Part shown: one piece after another, positions 1 to 8,856 of the stretch | Numbering within the stretch: the first letter of the stretch is position 1 | Layout: each line of letters starts with the position of its first letter | DNA from: an uncultured Solirubrobacterales bacterium | GTDB lineage: Bacteria; Actinomycetota; Thermoleophilia; Solirubrobacterales; Solirubrobacteraceae | Length of the DNA stretch: 40,000 nucleotides | Reading direction: 5' to 3' | Assembly: GCA_963703395.1 (NCBI GenBank) | Contig: OY969817.1 | Span: forward strand, 1,673,702-1,713,701 | Translations under genes and position numbers: made by a program | The notes under the pieces: generated by a model | Seen by the model: the letters and a program-made list of their open reading frames with translations, nothing else | The model's database searches: none | What the model was told of the DNA's origin: nothing

Positions 1-680
1 TCCAGGCGCAGATGGTCGCCGCCGGGCTGCACGGGCGCAAGACCGGGCGCGGCTACTACGACTACTCGGGATCGGGTCCCCACACCCACCCTCCCCACCG
101 GGCCGCCGACCCCGAGCCGCCCCCGGGCGGCGCTGACGCCCTGGTGCAGGGTTCTGGCCCGGTCGCCGACGCCCTGCGCGAGCTCGCGCCCGGCAGCGGC
201 GGACCCGAGCTCGCAGTCGAGGGACTCGGCGGCACCGTGGAGGGCGAGCCCTTCTACACGCTCGTGCCCCTCGGGCTTGTGGAGGTCACGGGCGAGGTCG
301 GCGAGCGGGCCTTTCAGGGACTCGGCCTGCACACCGCGCGCGTGCGGCCCTCGCCTGTCGGCGTGCTCCCGCGGATCGTGTGTCAGGTGATCAACGAGTG
401 CGCCTTCGCGCTGGGCGAGGGGGTGGGCTCCGCGCAGGACATCGACGCGGGCATGACACTCGGCATGAACTACCCCCGCGGCCCGCTGGCGTGGGCGGAC
501 GCGATCGGCCTGCAGCACGTGGCGGCGGTGCTGGGGGCGCTGTGGGAGGAGTACCGCGAGGAGCGCTACCGCCCGGCCCCCGTGCTGCTGCGGCTGGTGC
601 GCGCCGGGCGGCGCGGCCGCACGGCGGGGGCCGGGTTCTTCGAGTACGAGTTACCCGCGACCCTCCCGCTCGAGCCGTAG
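1..680 (+). CDS. 3-hydroxyacyl-CoA dehydrogenase family protein, C-terminal part (5' end outside window)
   Basis: The frame is open from base 3 (QAQMVAAGLHGRKTGRGYYDY). A second copy of the dehydrogenase C-terminal domain follows (VINECAFALGEGVGSAQDIDAGMTLGMNYPRGPLAWADAIGL ... GRTAGAGFFEY). The stop is at 678-680. Confidence 0.8.
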   Translation, partial: QAQMVAAGLHGRKTGRGYYDYSGSGPHTHPPHRAADPEPPPGGADALVQGSGPVADALRELAPGSGGPELAVEGLGGTVEGEPFYTLVPLGLVEVTGEVGERAFQGLGLHTARVRPSPVGVLPRIVCQVINECAFALGEGVGSAQDIDAGMTLGMNYPRGPLAWADAIGLQHVAAVLGALWEEYREERYRPAPVLLRLVRAGRRGRTAGAGFFEYELPATLPLEP

Positions 681-693
681 GGGCCGTCTGAGG

Positions 694-1761
694 CTACTCG
701 CCTCCGCCGGCGGGCTGAGCGGCGGCGCTGGCGGCCTGCTGAGCGGCGGCGGGGGGCGCCCACTGGGCCTCGGCGAGATCGCCGACGGGCATTCCCTCCG
801 GCGTGGGCACCTCGGGTGTGTCGCGCAGGTACCACTCCGCGTCCAGCGCCGCCTGGCAGCCGGAGCCGGCGGCGGTGACGGCCTGGCGGTAGGTGTGGTC
901 GACGAGGTCCCCCGCGGCGAACACCCCGGGACGGTTGGTGCGCGTGGAGCGGCCCTCGGTAACCACGTAGCCGTCCTCGTCGACGCCGACCTGCCCGCGC
1001 ACGAGCTCGGACTGGGGCTCGTGGCCAATCGCGATGAAGGCGCCTCTGATCGGAAGCTCGCGCTCCTCGCCGGTGTCGGCGTTGACGAGCACCGCGTGGC
1101 CGAGGGAGCCGTTCTCGCCGGGCTCCAACGCCTTGACGGTGTAGGGGGTGAGCAGCTCGATGTTCTCCCGCTCGCGGGCACGCTCGAGCATGATCTTCGA
1201 GGCGCGGAACTCGCTGCGGCGGTGCACGACGACGACGCTCGAGGCGAACTTCGAGAGGAAGATCGCCTCCTCCATCGCAGAGTCCCCGCCGCCGACGATC
1301 AGCGTGGGGGCGCCCTTGAAGAAGGCGGCGTCGCAGGTGGCGCAGTAGCTGACCCCACGGCCTCCCAGCTCGTCCTCACCGGGCACCCCGAGCCGCTTGT
1401 GCTCGGCGCCCATCGCGAGGATCACGGTGCGCGCGCGGTGCTCCACGTCTCCGACCCACACGCTGTGAACCCCGCCGGGCCCGCTCGCCAACTGAACGCG
1501 CTCGGCCTGGTCGGTCTCCAGGCGCGCCCCGAAGCGCTCGGCCTGGGAGCGCATCTGCGCCATCAGCTCGGGTCCGGTGATCCCCTCGGGGAAGCCGGGG
1601 TAGTTCTCCACGTCGGTGGTCTGCTGCAGCAGCCCGCCCCACGCGAATCCCTCGACCACCAGTGGCGCGAGGTTGGCGCGGGCGGTGTACAGCGCGGCGG
1701 TGTACCCCGCGGGGCCACTGCCGACGATGATCGTGTTCTCGATGCCCTCGGCTTTCGCCAT
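694..1761 (-). CDS. trxB: thioredoxin-disulfide reductase
   Basis: 355-aa ORF with an FAD-binding [12 protein letters not shown] motif, the redox-active CATCD motif, an NADPH-site [10 protein letters not shown] motif and a GVFAAGD motif. It carries a ~40-aa Ala/Pro-rich C-terminal tail. ATG is at 1759-1761. Confidence 0.93.
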   Translation of the reverse strand: MAKAEGIENTIIVGSGPAGYTAALYTARANLAPLVVEGFAWGGLLQQTTDVENYPGFPEGITGPELMAQMRSQAERFGARLETDQAERVQLASGPGGVHSVWVGDVEHRARTVILAMGAEHKRLGVPGEDELGGRGVSYCATCDAAFFKGAPTLIVGGGDSAMEEAIFLSKFASSVVVVHRRSEFRASKIMLERARERENIELLTPYTVKALEPGENGSLGHAVLVNADTGEERELPIRGAFIAIGHEPQSELVRGQVGVDEDGYVVTEGRSTRTNRPGVFAAGDLVDHTYRQAVTAAGSGCQAALDAEWYLRDTPEVPTPEGMPVGDLAEAQWAPPAAAQQAASAAAQPAGGGE

Positions 1762-1811
1762 CTGCTCATCCCCTTTCGCGCTTCGTCGGTAGCACCAGCC
1801 CGTACATTACT

Positions 1812-2111
1812 TTACTTTGTATAGTATACCGCGTCCTCCCGCGGGTTGGCCCGCCACAGGTACACCAACGTGGCCACCCCCACCAGGATCGAGAGGAAGT
1901 GTGGCCAGTGGACCTCCAGCGCCGTGAGCAGCGTGGTGCCGAGCCCGCTGCCGCGCACGGTGTGAACCGCGGAGCGCAGGGCGGCCGGTGAGCACCACCA
2001 GTGCGACCAACCGGGGGCGCCGCTGCCCTCGACGAGGGTTACCAGAGGCTCCAGTGCGATGGCTGCGACGGCGAGAGTCAACACGAAGGAGACAGCCGGC
2101 TTACGCAGCAT
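1812..2111 (-). CDS. small hydrophobic protein (hypothetical, ~99 aa)
   Basis: Internal ATG at 2109-2111 gives MLRKPAVSFVLTLAVAAIALEP... with at least two hydrophobic segments. It overlaps the TetR stop by 11 nt, suggesting co-transcription. No homology was recognised. Confidence 0.4.
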   Translation of the reverse strand: MLRKPAVSFVLTLAVAAIALEPLVTLVEGSGAPGWSHWWCSPAALRSAVHTVRGSGLGTTLLTALEVHWPHFLSILVGVATLVYLWRANPREDAVYYTK

Positions 2112-2751
2112 GGCCGTCCCGCTTCGCGCTTTGACGGCCCTCGGGATCGCCTCGGTGGTGCCGACCCTCGGGGTCGGCTTCTCGAAGGGCTTGGCGTACC
2201 GCCTCGACCGCCGTGGCGCCGGCGACGTGCAGCGACTCCGTGGAGCGCATGGCGCGACTGAAGATGAAAGCGCCCTCCAGGAGGCAGAGCATGGCGAATG
2301 CCAGCTCGCGCGAGCGCTCACGGGGGATGCCGGCGAAGACGAAGTACTCGGTGGCGCCGTCGATCCACTCCGTGAAGACCCCGGCCGTGGCCTCGCGCAA
2401 GGGCTCATTTGTGCTGGCTACCTCCAGGGCGACGGTGGCTATGGGGCAGGCGTCGGCGTAGTCGGTTTCGCGTAGCGTCTCGGCGGCGCCGGTGAAGAAG
2501 GCGTCCACCGCGGTGACCACGTCTGGGGCCTCCAGGGCGATGGCCGCAAAGAGCTGCGTGTAAAGCCTTCCAGAGGTGCGGATCACCTCGCAGCCGAGAT
2601 CCTGCTTACCGCCGGGGAAGAAGTGGTAGAGCGAACCGAATGGAGCCGCCGCTTCGGCCGCTATCTGCTTCATGCCGGTACCCGTGTAGCCCTGACGGCG
2701 GAACAGGTCGGCCGTCGTGTCGAGGATGCGGTCCTTGGTGTCGCTGGGCAT
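2101..2751 (-). CDS. TetR/AcrR family transcriptional regulator
   Basis: Start chosen at ATG 2749-2751 (MPSDTKDRILDTTADLFRRQGYTGTGMKQIAAEAAAPFGSLYHFFPGGKQDL), a typical TetR N-terminal HTH. The longer ORF upstream is Pro/Arg-rich and looks non-coding. Confidence 0.88.
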   Translation of the reverse strand: MPSDTKDRILDTTADLFRRQGYTGTGMKQIAAEAAAPFGSLYHFFPGGKQDLGCEVIRTSGRLYTQLFAAIALEAPDVVTAVDAFFTGAAETLRETDYADACPIATVALEVASTNEPLREATAGVFTEWIDGATEYFVFAGIPRERSRELAFAMLCLLEGAFIFSRAMRSTESLHVAGATAVEAVRQALREADPEGRHHRGDPEGRQSAKRDGHAA

Positions 2752-2911
2752 TGCCTTGGCGTGCAGTGGTCGTGGTGGCCTTCGTGGTGGCCTGGAGTGC
2801 GGGCTCGGTGTGGAGTGCTGGCTGGGAGTGAGTCCGCGCTTGCACCCCGGTCTTCTTTCTGGAAGACTACTCCTTCTAGAACGATCTATCAACTAGCAGC
2901 GGGAGGTCACC

Positions 2912-3337
2912 GTGCCAACACAAGACGAGCGCCGCAGGTTGACGGTTCTGAAGACGATCCTCGCGGCAGGCGTCCTGTCAACCGCAGTCCACTACACCCA
3001 CAACTTCGTGGCGGTCAACCGCTACCCCGGCCCCAAGGACCTCTACACGGTGACGCGCGTGGCGATCGTGGTGAGCTGGCCGCTGCTCACGTGGATCGGA
3101 CTGACAGGCTACCGCCGCTACCGCGAACGACGCTACCGCGAGGCGCACGTCTGCCTGGCCGTGTACTCGCTCACCGGCCTGGCCACCATGGGCCATTTCA
3201 TCTATGGCAACCCCAGGATCCCGGCTCTCTTCTACGCCACGCTTTTCACGGACGCCCTCGCCGGCTTGGCCGTGCTGGCCTTCGTGCTGTGGTCCGCGAG
3301 CATCGCGGCACCCCGCGCCGAGACGGCGCGGACGTAG
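2912..3337 (+). CDS. hypothetical integral membrane protein (4 predicted TM segments)
   Basis: 141-aa ORF divergent from the TetR gene with a GTG start. Four hydrophobic stretches are visible (ILAAGVLSTAV, VAIVVSWPLLTWIGL, VCLAVYSLTGLATM, LAGLAVLAFVLW). Confidence 0.55.
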   Translation: MPTQDERRRLTVLKTILAAGVLSTAVHYTHNFVAVNRYPGPKDLYTVTRVAIVVSWPLLTWIGLTGYRRYRERRYREAHVCLAVYSLTGLATMGHFIYGNPRIPALFYATLFTDALAGLAVLAFVLWSASIAAPRAETART

Positions 3338-3460
3338 ACCTCGGGGCGTGCCCTCTCGGTACCCTTCGTCGCCACGCTCGACCCGCTCACTTGCAGGTAC
3401 TTGAGCGCCCTCCTCTCCAAAGACGCTCCCTCTCTCCAACCAATACAGTCCTGGGCTCAC

Positions 3461-4315
3461 ATGGCATTCGAGCAGATCACCACCGAGGTCTCGGAGCACG
3501 TTCTCACCATCACCCTGAACCGTCCCGAGCGCCTCAACGCATGGACGTCCAGGATGGCGGAGGAGCTGATCGAGGCGTTCGACCGAGCCGACGCCGACGA
3601 TGAGGTACGCGTCGTCATCGTCACCGGCGCAGGCCGCGGGTTCTGCGCGGGCGCGGACCTCGCTGCCGGCGGCGAAACGTTTGACTATCGCCAGCATGAG
3701 AGCGCTGGGCCCATACCGCGCGACAACGGCGGTCAGGTGGTACTGCGGATCTTCGCCTCCACCAAGCCCGTCATCGCCGCAATCAACGGTCCCGCTGTGG
3801 GCATCGGGGCGACGATGACGTTGCCGATGGACATTCGCCTCGCGGCCGATGACGCTCGCATGGGCTTCGTGTTTGTACGCCGCGGGATCGTCCCCGAGGC
3901 ATGCTCAAGCTGGTTTCTGCCGCGCATCGTCGGCATCAGCCGCGCAATGGAGTGGGTCGCCACGGGCCGGGTCTTCCCTGCCCAGGAGGGGCTCGCCGGC
4001 GGGCTCCTACGCAGCTTGCACCCTTCCGGAGAGCTGCTCGAGGCGGCACGCGAGATAGCCCGCGAGATCATCGAGAACACCGCGCCGGTGTCGGTTGCCC
4101 TGGCCCGGCGCATGTTCTGGACAATGCTCGGCGCCCAGCATCCGATGCTCGCCCACCGTGCGGACTCGCGAGGGATGCTCTATCGCGGCCAGTCCCTCGA
4201 CGCGGCTGAGGGCATCAACGCGTTCCTCGAGAAGCGCCCGGCTCAATTCCCCGAACGCGTGAGCGACGGGCTGCCGGACATTCTGCCGGGGTGGACTGCC
4301 CCGGAGTTCGAATAG
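3461..4315 (+). CDS. enoyl-CoA hydratase/isomerase (crotonase) family protein
   Basis: Start at ATG 3461 gives MAFEQITTEVSEHVLTITLNRPERLNAW. Crotonase motifs are present: VVIVTGAGRGFCAGADL and KPVIAAINGPAVGIGATMTLPMDIRLA. Confidence 0.88.
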   Translation: MAFEQITTEVSEHVLTITLNRPERLNAWTSRMAEELIEAFDRADADDEVRVVIVTGAGRGFCAGADLAAGGETFDYRQHESAGPIPRDNGGQVVLRIFASTKPVIAAINGPAVGIGATMTLPMDIRLAADDARMGFVFVRRGIVPEACSSWFLPRIVGISRAMEWVATGRVFPAQEGLAGGLLRSLHPSGELLEAAREIAREIIENTAPVSVALARRMFWTMLGAQHPMLAHRADSRGMLYRGQSLDAAEGINAFLEKRPAQFPERVSDGLPDILPGWTAPEFE

Positions 4316-4418
4316 CAACGGAGCTACGCCGGTGCGCGCGCCGAATGGTGTTCCCGGACCCCACCCCGTACACGGTACGCAAGCGACAACGGCCCCGCAC
4401 CGCCGAACACAAGGAGCG

Positions 4419-4937
4419 ATGCTTGTGTCATGGCCCACTCCCAAGCTGCGCTACGTGGATCCGTATAAGCGACGAGGTCGCCTGTATCTCGCGGTGTGTC
4501 GGTTCTCCGCCACCAAGGCAGGCGCTTTGCTCTCCGTCAACATCCTGTGGAAGCTTGACCCACATCTGCTGACGCTCACGAGGGGGCGGCTGGGCACCGG
4601 GGGGCCGCTTGCCACAGCGCTACTCGAGTCGCGAGGTGCGCGGACAGGTCAGCGGCGTCGGAATGCCACGCTCTACTTCCACGACGGTGATCGGGTGATC
4701 ATCATCGCGTCGAAGCGGGGGGCACCGAAGAACCCAGCCTGGTACTACAACCTCTGCAAGCATCCCGACGTCGTCTTCGGCCGCCTACCATTCCGCGCCG
4801 AAATCGTGGAGGACGAAGCCGAGCGGCAACGACTGTGGGATCTGGCTGACCGCGTCTTCCCTGAGTACGCCGGCTACCGTGAGCGGGCCGGGAAGGCAGG
4901 ACGAGTCATCCCGATCGTTCACCTGGTTCCTCGCTAG
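4419..4937 (+). CDS. deazaflavin (F420)-dependent nitroreductase family protein (Ddn-like)
   Basis: C-terminal half matches the family pattern (RTGQRRRNATLYFHDGDRVIIIASKRGAPKNPAWYYNL...ERQRLWDLADRVFPEYAGYRERAGKAGRVIPIVHLVPR). SD aaggag lies at 4411-4416. The start is either ATG 4419 or GTG 4425. Confidence 0.8.
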   Translation: MLVSWPTPKLRYVDPYKRRGRLYLAVCRFSATKAGALLSVNILWKLDPHLLTLTRGRLGTGGPLATALLESRGARTGQRRRNATLYFHDGDRVIIIASKRGAPKNPAWYYNLCKHPDVVFGRLPFRAEIVEDEAERQRLWDLADRVFPEYAGYRERAGKAGRVIPIVHLVPR

Positions 4938-4952
4938 CTCGATCGCCATTTC

Positions 4953-5009
4953 CAGGTACTTTCTCATCGGGCGACAGGATTCGAACCTGCGACCGCCCGG
5001 CCCCCAGCC
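4953..5009 (-). repeat. tRNA-Pro(GGG) 3'-half fragment plus 13-nt flank (att-like direct repeat, copy 1)
   Basis: The reverse complement reads GGCTGGGGGCCGGGCGGTCGCAGGTTCGAATCCTGTCGCCCGA, covering anticodon loop through T-arm to acceptor 3' strand. No matching 5' half or D-arm is present. It is near-identical to 7502-7558. Confidence 0.78.
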
Positions 5010-5125
5010 AGAGCGATCTGGCGTCTCTGAGTGCTCAGAGCCTGTGTTTACAGGGTTTGAGAGCGTCTGAGTGCTCCTGAGTTGCGCTCATATTGGACCC
5101 CGAACTGGACCCCGTAGTATAAGTC

Positions 5126-5153
5126 TTGACTTCTACAAGCTTTGGTTTATACT
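5126..5153 (+). promoter_or_regulatory. sigma-70-like promoter for the toxin-antitoxin operon
   Basis: TTGACT (5126-5131), a 16-nt spacer, then TATACT (5148-5153). The in-frame GTG at 5160 lies 6 nt after the -10, implying a leaderless or near-leaderless mRNA. Confidence 0.5.
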
Positions 5154-5159
5154 CGCAGG

Positions 5160-5516
5160 GTGTGGGAAGTCGAGTACACCGACACGTTTGGATCGTGGTG
5201 GGATGAGCTCACCGAAGACGAGCAAGAGCGTGTCACCGCCGCTGTCGAGCTGCTGGAGCAAGGCGGCCCTGCCCTCGGGCGCCCGCTGGTGGACACCCTC
5301 AAAGGCTCTCGCCATCCGAACATGAAGGAGCTGCGTCCCCACGGCGGGCACATACGCGTGCTGTTCGCCTTCGACCCCCGCCGCATGGCGATCCTGCTCT
5401 TGGGCGGCGACAAGAGCCAGCGCTGGAGCAGCTGGTACGCCGAGGCAATTCCAGCCGCCGATGCGCTCTACGACGAGCACCTACAAACACTTCGCGACGA
5501 AGGAGCAACCCCATGA
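5160..5516 (+). CDS. type II toxin, RelE/HigB (phage Gp49-like) family
   Basis: WEVEYTDTFGSWWDELTEDEQERVTAAVELLEQGGPALGRPLVDTLKGSRHPNMKELRP..IRVLFAFDPRRMAILLLGGDK is the pattern of HigB/Gp49-like toxins. A 4-nt ATGA overlap links it to the downstream HTH gene. The ORF track opens at TTG 5142, which sits inside the promoter, so GTG 5160 is preferred. Confidence 0.75.
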   Translation: MWEVEYTDTFGSWWDELTEDEQERVTAAVELLEQGGPALGRPLVDTLKGSRHPNMKELRPHGGHIRVLFAFDPRRMAILLLGGDKSQRWSSWYAEAIPAADALYDEHLQTLRDEGATP

Positions 5517-5941
5517 CCACGACTAAGACCACAAAGAGCCGCAAAGGGTTCGACGAGCTGCGCAAGCAGATCGATGCCGACCCAGCGCGTCGTGCGAACG
5601 TCGAGGAGCACAAGACGGCGATGCTCAGCGAGCTACGTCGCAAGCTCGACCTCACCCAGGCAATCGTCGCCGACCGACTCGACGTCACCCAGGAGAACAT
5701 CTCCCAGATCGAGCGCGGAGAGGCCGACGTTCGGCTATCCACGCTGAGCCGATACGTCGAGGCCCTCGGCGGACACCTGGAGGTTCGAGCCGCGTTCCCA
5801 GAGGAGACCGTCGCGCTCAGCGTAGGGACAGCCGCGACGATGCGTCGCCGGCGAACGCGAAGGGGATCCGCCTCCGCAGCCAAGACACCTCGCAACTCCA
5901 ACGCCCCGAGAGCAAAGAAAACACCAGCAAGCGACGCCTGA
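5513..5941 (+). CDS. XRE-family HTH antitoxin (HigA-like) with basic C-terminal tail
   Basis: HTH LTQAIVADRLDVTQENISQIERGEADVRLSTLSRYVEALGGHLEV. It is translationally coupled to the toxin. The tail is Arg/Lys-rich (RRRRTRRGSASAAKTPRNSNAPRAKKTP). Confidence 0.8.
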   Translation: MTTTKTTKSRKGFDELRKQIDADPARRANVEEHKTAMLSELRRKLDLTQAIVADRLDVTQENISQIERGEADVRLSTLSRYVEALGGHLEVRAAFPEETVALSVGTAATMRRRRTRRGSASAAKTPRNSNAPRAKKTPASDA

Positions 5942-5972
5942 CACGGATCGAGCAGGTCCGCGAGAAAAATCT

Positions 5973-7484
5973 GTAAGCGTTCAGTTGGTTTGGCCGCTTA
6001 TGTGAGGAGTGGTATTGGGTCGCTCCGCGCGTGGGCGTGGAGGGCGTCGGTGAGGTAGGCGAACAGGGAGCGTTTCTGTAGCCGGCAGGTTGTGTGCGCG
6101 GAGAGGAGCCGCGCGGTGCGCTGCTCGCCGTTCTCGGACTGGCTGCCGAGCGATAGCTTGCGGTAGATGACCGCGCTGCGGAGGGCGCGCTCGGCGTGGT
6201 TGTTGGTCGGCTCGATACCGTCGTGCTTGGCGAACGTCCATAGTGCTGGCCAGGCTTTGAGGAGGTTGCGCGCCATGCCGCGGCAGCGCTTGTTGCGCGC
6301 TCGTTTTGACGCGTAGCGCGTGATGATCGGCTTGAACTCGCGTTGAAGCCGGCGGACGGTCAGCTTCAACGCTCGACGCTCGCCGGTGTGTTGGAAGACC
6401 TCCCAAGCCCAGAAGACGCGCTCACAGAGGGCGAGCCCGTGCTCGCCGAACTCCTTCTCGGCTGCCAAGCCTTCGGCGTGCGCGGCGAAATCTCGCTTCA
6501 GATGCGCCCAGCAGAGCTGACGGCGCGCCAAGGGCAGGTGCGTATAGGCCCACCAGCGATCGGAGGTGATGATCGCCTTGGTGTCGGCCAACAGGCTCTT
6601 GGCGTGATCCTCGTGACGGTCTGGGGCGATGTGTAGGTAGGCATGTCGAGGATCGAAGATGCCCCACAGCGCGCGGCGCTGCCCGGCGGTTCGCCAGCCC
6701 GTCTCGTCCATGTTCACCGCGCCTGAGCCGCGAAGCTTGCAGAGCAGATCGGCGTGTGGGCCGCAGAGCGCTGCGCCCGCACGGTCGATGATCGCGTCCA
6801 CCGCGCCCGTGCTGATCCGTGAAGCGAACAGCTCTTCTGCGAACTCCACGACATCGCGGCGGGAGATTCGGTTGCGCACCGAGAGCGTGGTCACGGCGGC
6901 CTGCAAGCGCGGGCCGAACGCGCTCTGGGCAACCTCGGCTCGCAGCGCTGCCCGCGCTTGCGCTCCGCAGCCAGGACAGCGCACGCGTTGGCATTGATAC
7001 TCAGTCACCGTCACCGTGATCCTCGGCAGCTCCTCGACCTGCCAGCGCACCGGATCACCCGCCGCCACACGCTCATCCTCGGTGAAGGCGTGGCCGCAAC
7101 CACAGCGCGCCGGCCAATACTCGATCACCCGATCCACCGCACAGACCGGCAACAGCTCCCGGCCGTGGCCCTCGTGACCGGGCTGGGCGCCCTGCTTGCG
7201 ACCCGAAGGATCCTTGCCGCGTCTGCAAGGACCACCCGGCGGATCTGAGCTCGGCGGAGCCGAGAAATTACGCGAGCTGCGATTCAGCCTACGCTCAAGC
7301 TGGGCAATCCGCTCATCCTGGCGCGCCACGCGCGCCGTCAACGCCTGGATCTGGGCGTCCATCCGCAGAAGCACCTCGACGACCGCCTCACGACCAGCGT
7401 CATAAATCGCCTCCGCCTCAACCCGCTCCACACTCCCAGATTCGACACGCCCGAGCTATGTCCCCCAACCAACTGAACGCTTAC
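5973..7484 (-). mobile_element. IS66-family insertion sequence (single-ORF type), apparently intact
   Basis: Perfect 18-bp terminal inverted repeats: gtaagcgttcagttggtt at 5973-5990 and its reverse complement at 7467-7484. GTAAGCG is the canonical IS66-family terminus. aaaatc is present just outside both ends (5966-5971 and 7486-7491). Confidence 0.9.
5998..7431 (-). CDS. IS66 family transposase
   Basis: 477-aa ORF with an N-terminal leucine-zipper-like coiled coil (QALTARVARQDERIAQLERRL) and a Cys-rich zinc-ribbon region (CGCGH...CPGCG). The DDE core includes the VNMDETGW motif. Confidence 0.92.
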   Translation of the reverse strand: MERVEAEAIYDAGREAVVEVLLRMDAQIQALTARVARQDERIAQLERRLNRSSRNFSAPPSSDPPGGPCRRGKDPSGRKQGAQPGHEGHGRELLPVCAVDRVIEYWPARCGCGHAFTEDERVAAGDPVRWQVEELPRITVTVTEYQCQRVRCPGCGAQARAALRAEVAQSAFGPRLQAAVTTLSVRNRISRRDVVEFAEELFASRISTGAVDAIIDRAGAALCGPHADLLCKLRGSGAVNMDETGWRTAGQRRALWGIFDPRHAYLHIAPDRHEDHAKSLLADTKAIITSDRWWAYTHLPLARRQLCWAHLKRDFAAHAEGLAAEKEFGEHGLALCERVFWAWEVFQHTGERRALKLTVRRLQREFKPIITRYASKRARNKRCRGMARNLLKAWPALWTFAKHDGIEPTNNHAERALRSAVIYRKLSLGSQSENGEQRTARLLSAHTTCRLQKRSLFAYLTDALHAHARSDPIPLLT

Positions 7485-7501
7485 CAAAATCCACCAATTT
7501 G

Positions 7502-7558
7502 CAGGTACTTCTCATCGGGGAGACAGGATTCGAACCTGCGACCGCCCGGCCCCCAGCC
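7502..7558 (-). repeat. tRNA-Pro(GGG) 3'-half fragment plus 13-nt flank (att-like direct repeat, copy 2)
   Basis: Positions 7515-7558 match the 3' 44 nt of the intact tRNA-Pro (21872-21915) at 42/44. The two differences form a compensatory T-stem pair flip. No 5' half is present. It lies 58 bp from the stop of the integrase pseudogene. Confidence 0.78.
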
Positions 7559-7616
7559 CGCGCGATACCGTGCGGCTGGGTCCTAAACCCCCGTGATTAC
7601 TGGCCCCGAGTGTAGC

Positions 7617-8470
7617 TCAGTTGCTCTCGTTTTCGCTCAATTTGCTCCCCGGATTGTTCCCCGTCGCGTCGGTAGGGCCGCCCGGGGCCTCCACCTCGAC
7701 CGTCGTCTCGGGGCACTCGCCCGTCCCCGCTCGAGCGCGCGGATCGGCCGCTTGAAGATCGTCTTCAGGCTCGCCAGCCGGGTCGGGGGCGAAGGCGTCG
7801 TTGACGACCTGGACCTCGTGCTCTGAGGGAGCGTAGTGCGAGTAGATCTGGGTCGTCTCGCTGTCGGCGTGCCCCATGAACTCCTGGATCAGCCGTAGGG
7901 CTGCCGGGAGGCGGCGAGGCGGGTCGCGAAGGTATGGCGTAGGTCGTGGAACTTGATGACCTGCACGCTGGCGTCCCCGCAGGCGGTCTGGAAGCGCTTC
8001 GTGACCTTCGTTCGGTCGAGGGATTGCCGGTCTGCGGATGGCCGAACACTAGGTCGCGTTCGGCGCGATACGCGGTGCGCTTTGACCAGCGGTCGAGCTC
8101 GCCGGCCAGCCGGTCGGCCATCGGCACCGATCGCTCCGTGGAGAGGTCGGACTTCCCGTCGCCGGAATGCTCACCGCGGACATAGGTGTTGCGCTCGCGG
8201 ATTCGCTGCGCGACCCAATCGACATCTCGCCACCGCAGACCGAGCAGCTCGGATTGGCGCAGTCCGGTCATCGCCGCGGTGACGACACGACCCATAGGAC
8301 TGGCCCGAGGACGTCGGGCGGTGGCGGTGGTGCTGGCCCTCGGCGCCCGCGCCTGGTGGGCTTCGGCTTGCGGATGACGATCCCATCGGGGATTGCTCGC
8401 AGCACAGCTTCGAGCTCGGCGACCGTCAGGAACTGCAGGTCTGGGTCGGCGTCCCCAGCACGTTGAGGGC
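7617..8470 (-). pseudogene. tyrosine recombinase/integrase, frameshifted and 5'-truncated
   Basis: Catalytic-domain pieces lie in different frames. They are FLTVAELEAVLRAIPD, then TGLRQSELLGLRWRDVD...LVFGHPQTGNP, then KFHDLRHTFATRLAA, then LIQEFMGHADSETTQIYSHY (the R, HxxR and H..Y residues). At least three frameshifts are needed, and the N-terminal region is replaced by an IS110 fragment. Confidence 0.8.
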
Positions 8471-8577
8471 CCGGACGGGTCGCCTCACTCACCGGGTGGA
8501 CTTCGAGCGAGCATCGAAAGCGCTTCGGCGCGCGAACTGAACCCGTGCGGGTGCACCCACATGCCCACCTCACCGCC

Positions 8578-8856
8578 GGTGGTCGCCAACGCTCAGGATG
8601 TGCGGGCGATCTCTCACGCGCGGGTGAAGTCAGACCGCTTCGATGCGCGCACGCTCGCGGACCTGCTCGCGGCCGGGATGCTCGAACCGGTGTGGGTCCC
8701 CGACGCGGAGACCTCGGCGCTACGTCGCCGGGTAGCTCGGCGCGCGGCACTGGTGCGCCAGCGTACCCGCGCGAAGAACGAGATCCACGCGACGCTCTCA
8801 CGCTGCCTGCTCGGGCACCCACCCGTCTCGGACCTGTTCGGCAAGGAAGGGCGCCG
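8578..8856 (+). pseudogene. IS110-family transposase internal fragment (remnant)
   Basis: VVANAQDVRAISHARVKSDRFDARTLADLLAAGMLEPVWVPDAETSALRRRVARRAALVRQRTRAKNEIHATLSRCLLGHPPVSDLFGKEG matches the conserved middle of IS110 (DEDD) transposases. The N-terminal catalytic start and the C-terminal half are absent. Confidence 0.7.

Noticed and set aside
3391-3402. 12-mer ttgcaggtactt shared with the flank of att copy 2 (7499-7510)
   Set aside because: Similarity does not extend beyond 12 nt. Dozens of chance 12-mer repeats are expected in 40 kb, and the site is in the intergenic region just upstream of an ordinary crotonase gene.
4953-5040. The two tRNA-Pro-like segments (also 7502-7590) as complete extra tRNA genes
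   Set aside because: Only the anticodon loop through the 3' end is present. The upstream sequence cannot form the anticodon-stem 5' strand, a D-arm or a complementary acceptor 5' strand.
7607-7627. gtagctcagttg, a string resembling a tRNA D-loop
   Set aside because: No cloverleaf can be built around it, and it lies within the C-terminal coding tail of the integrase pseudogene.
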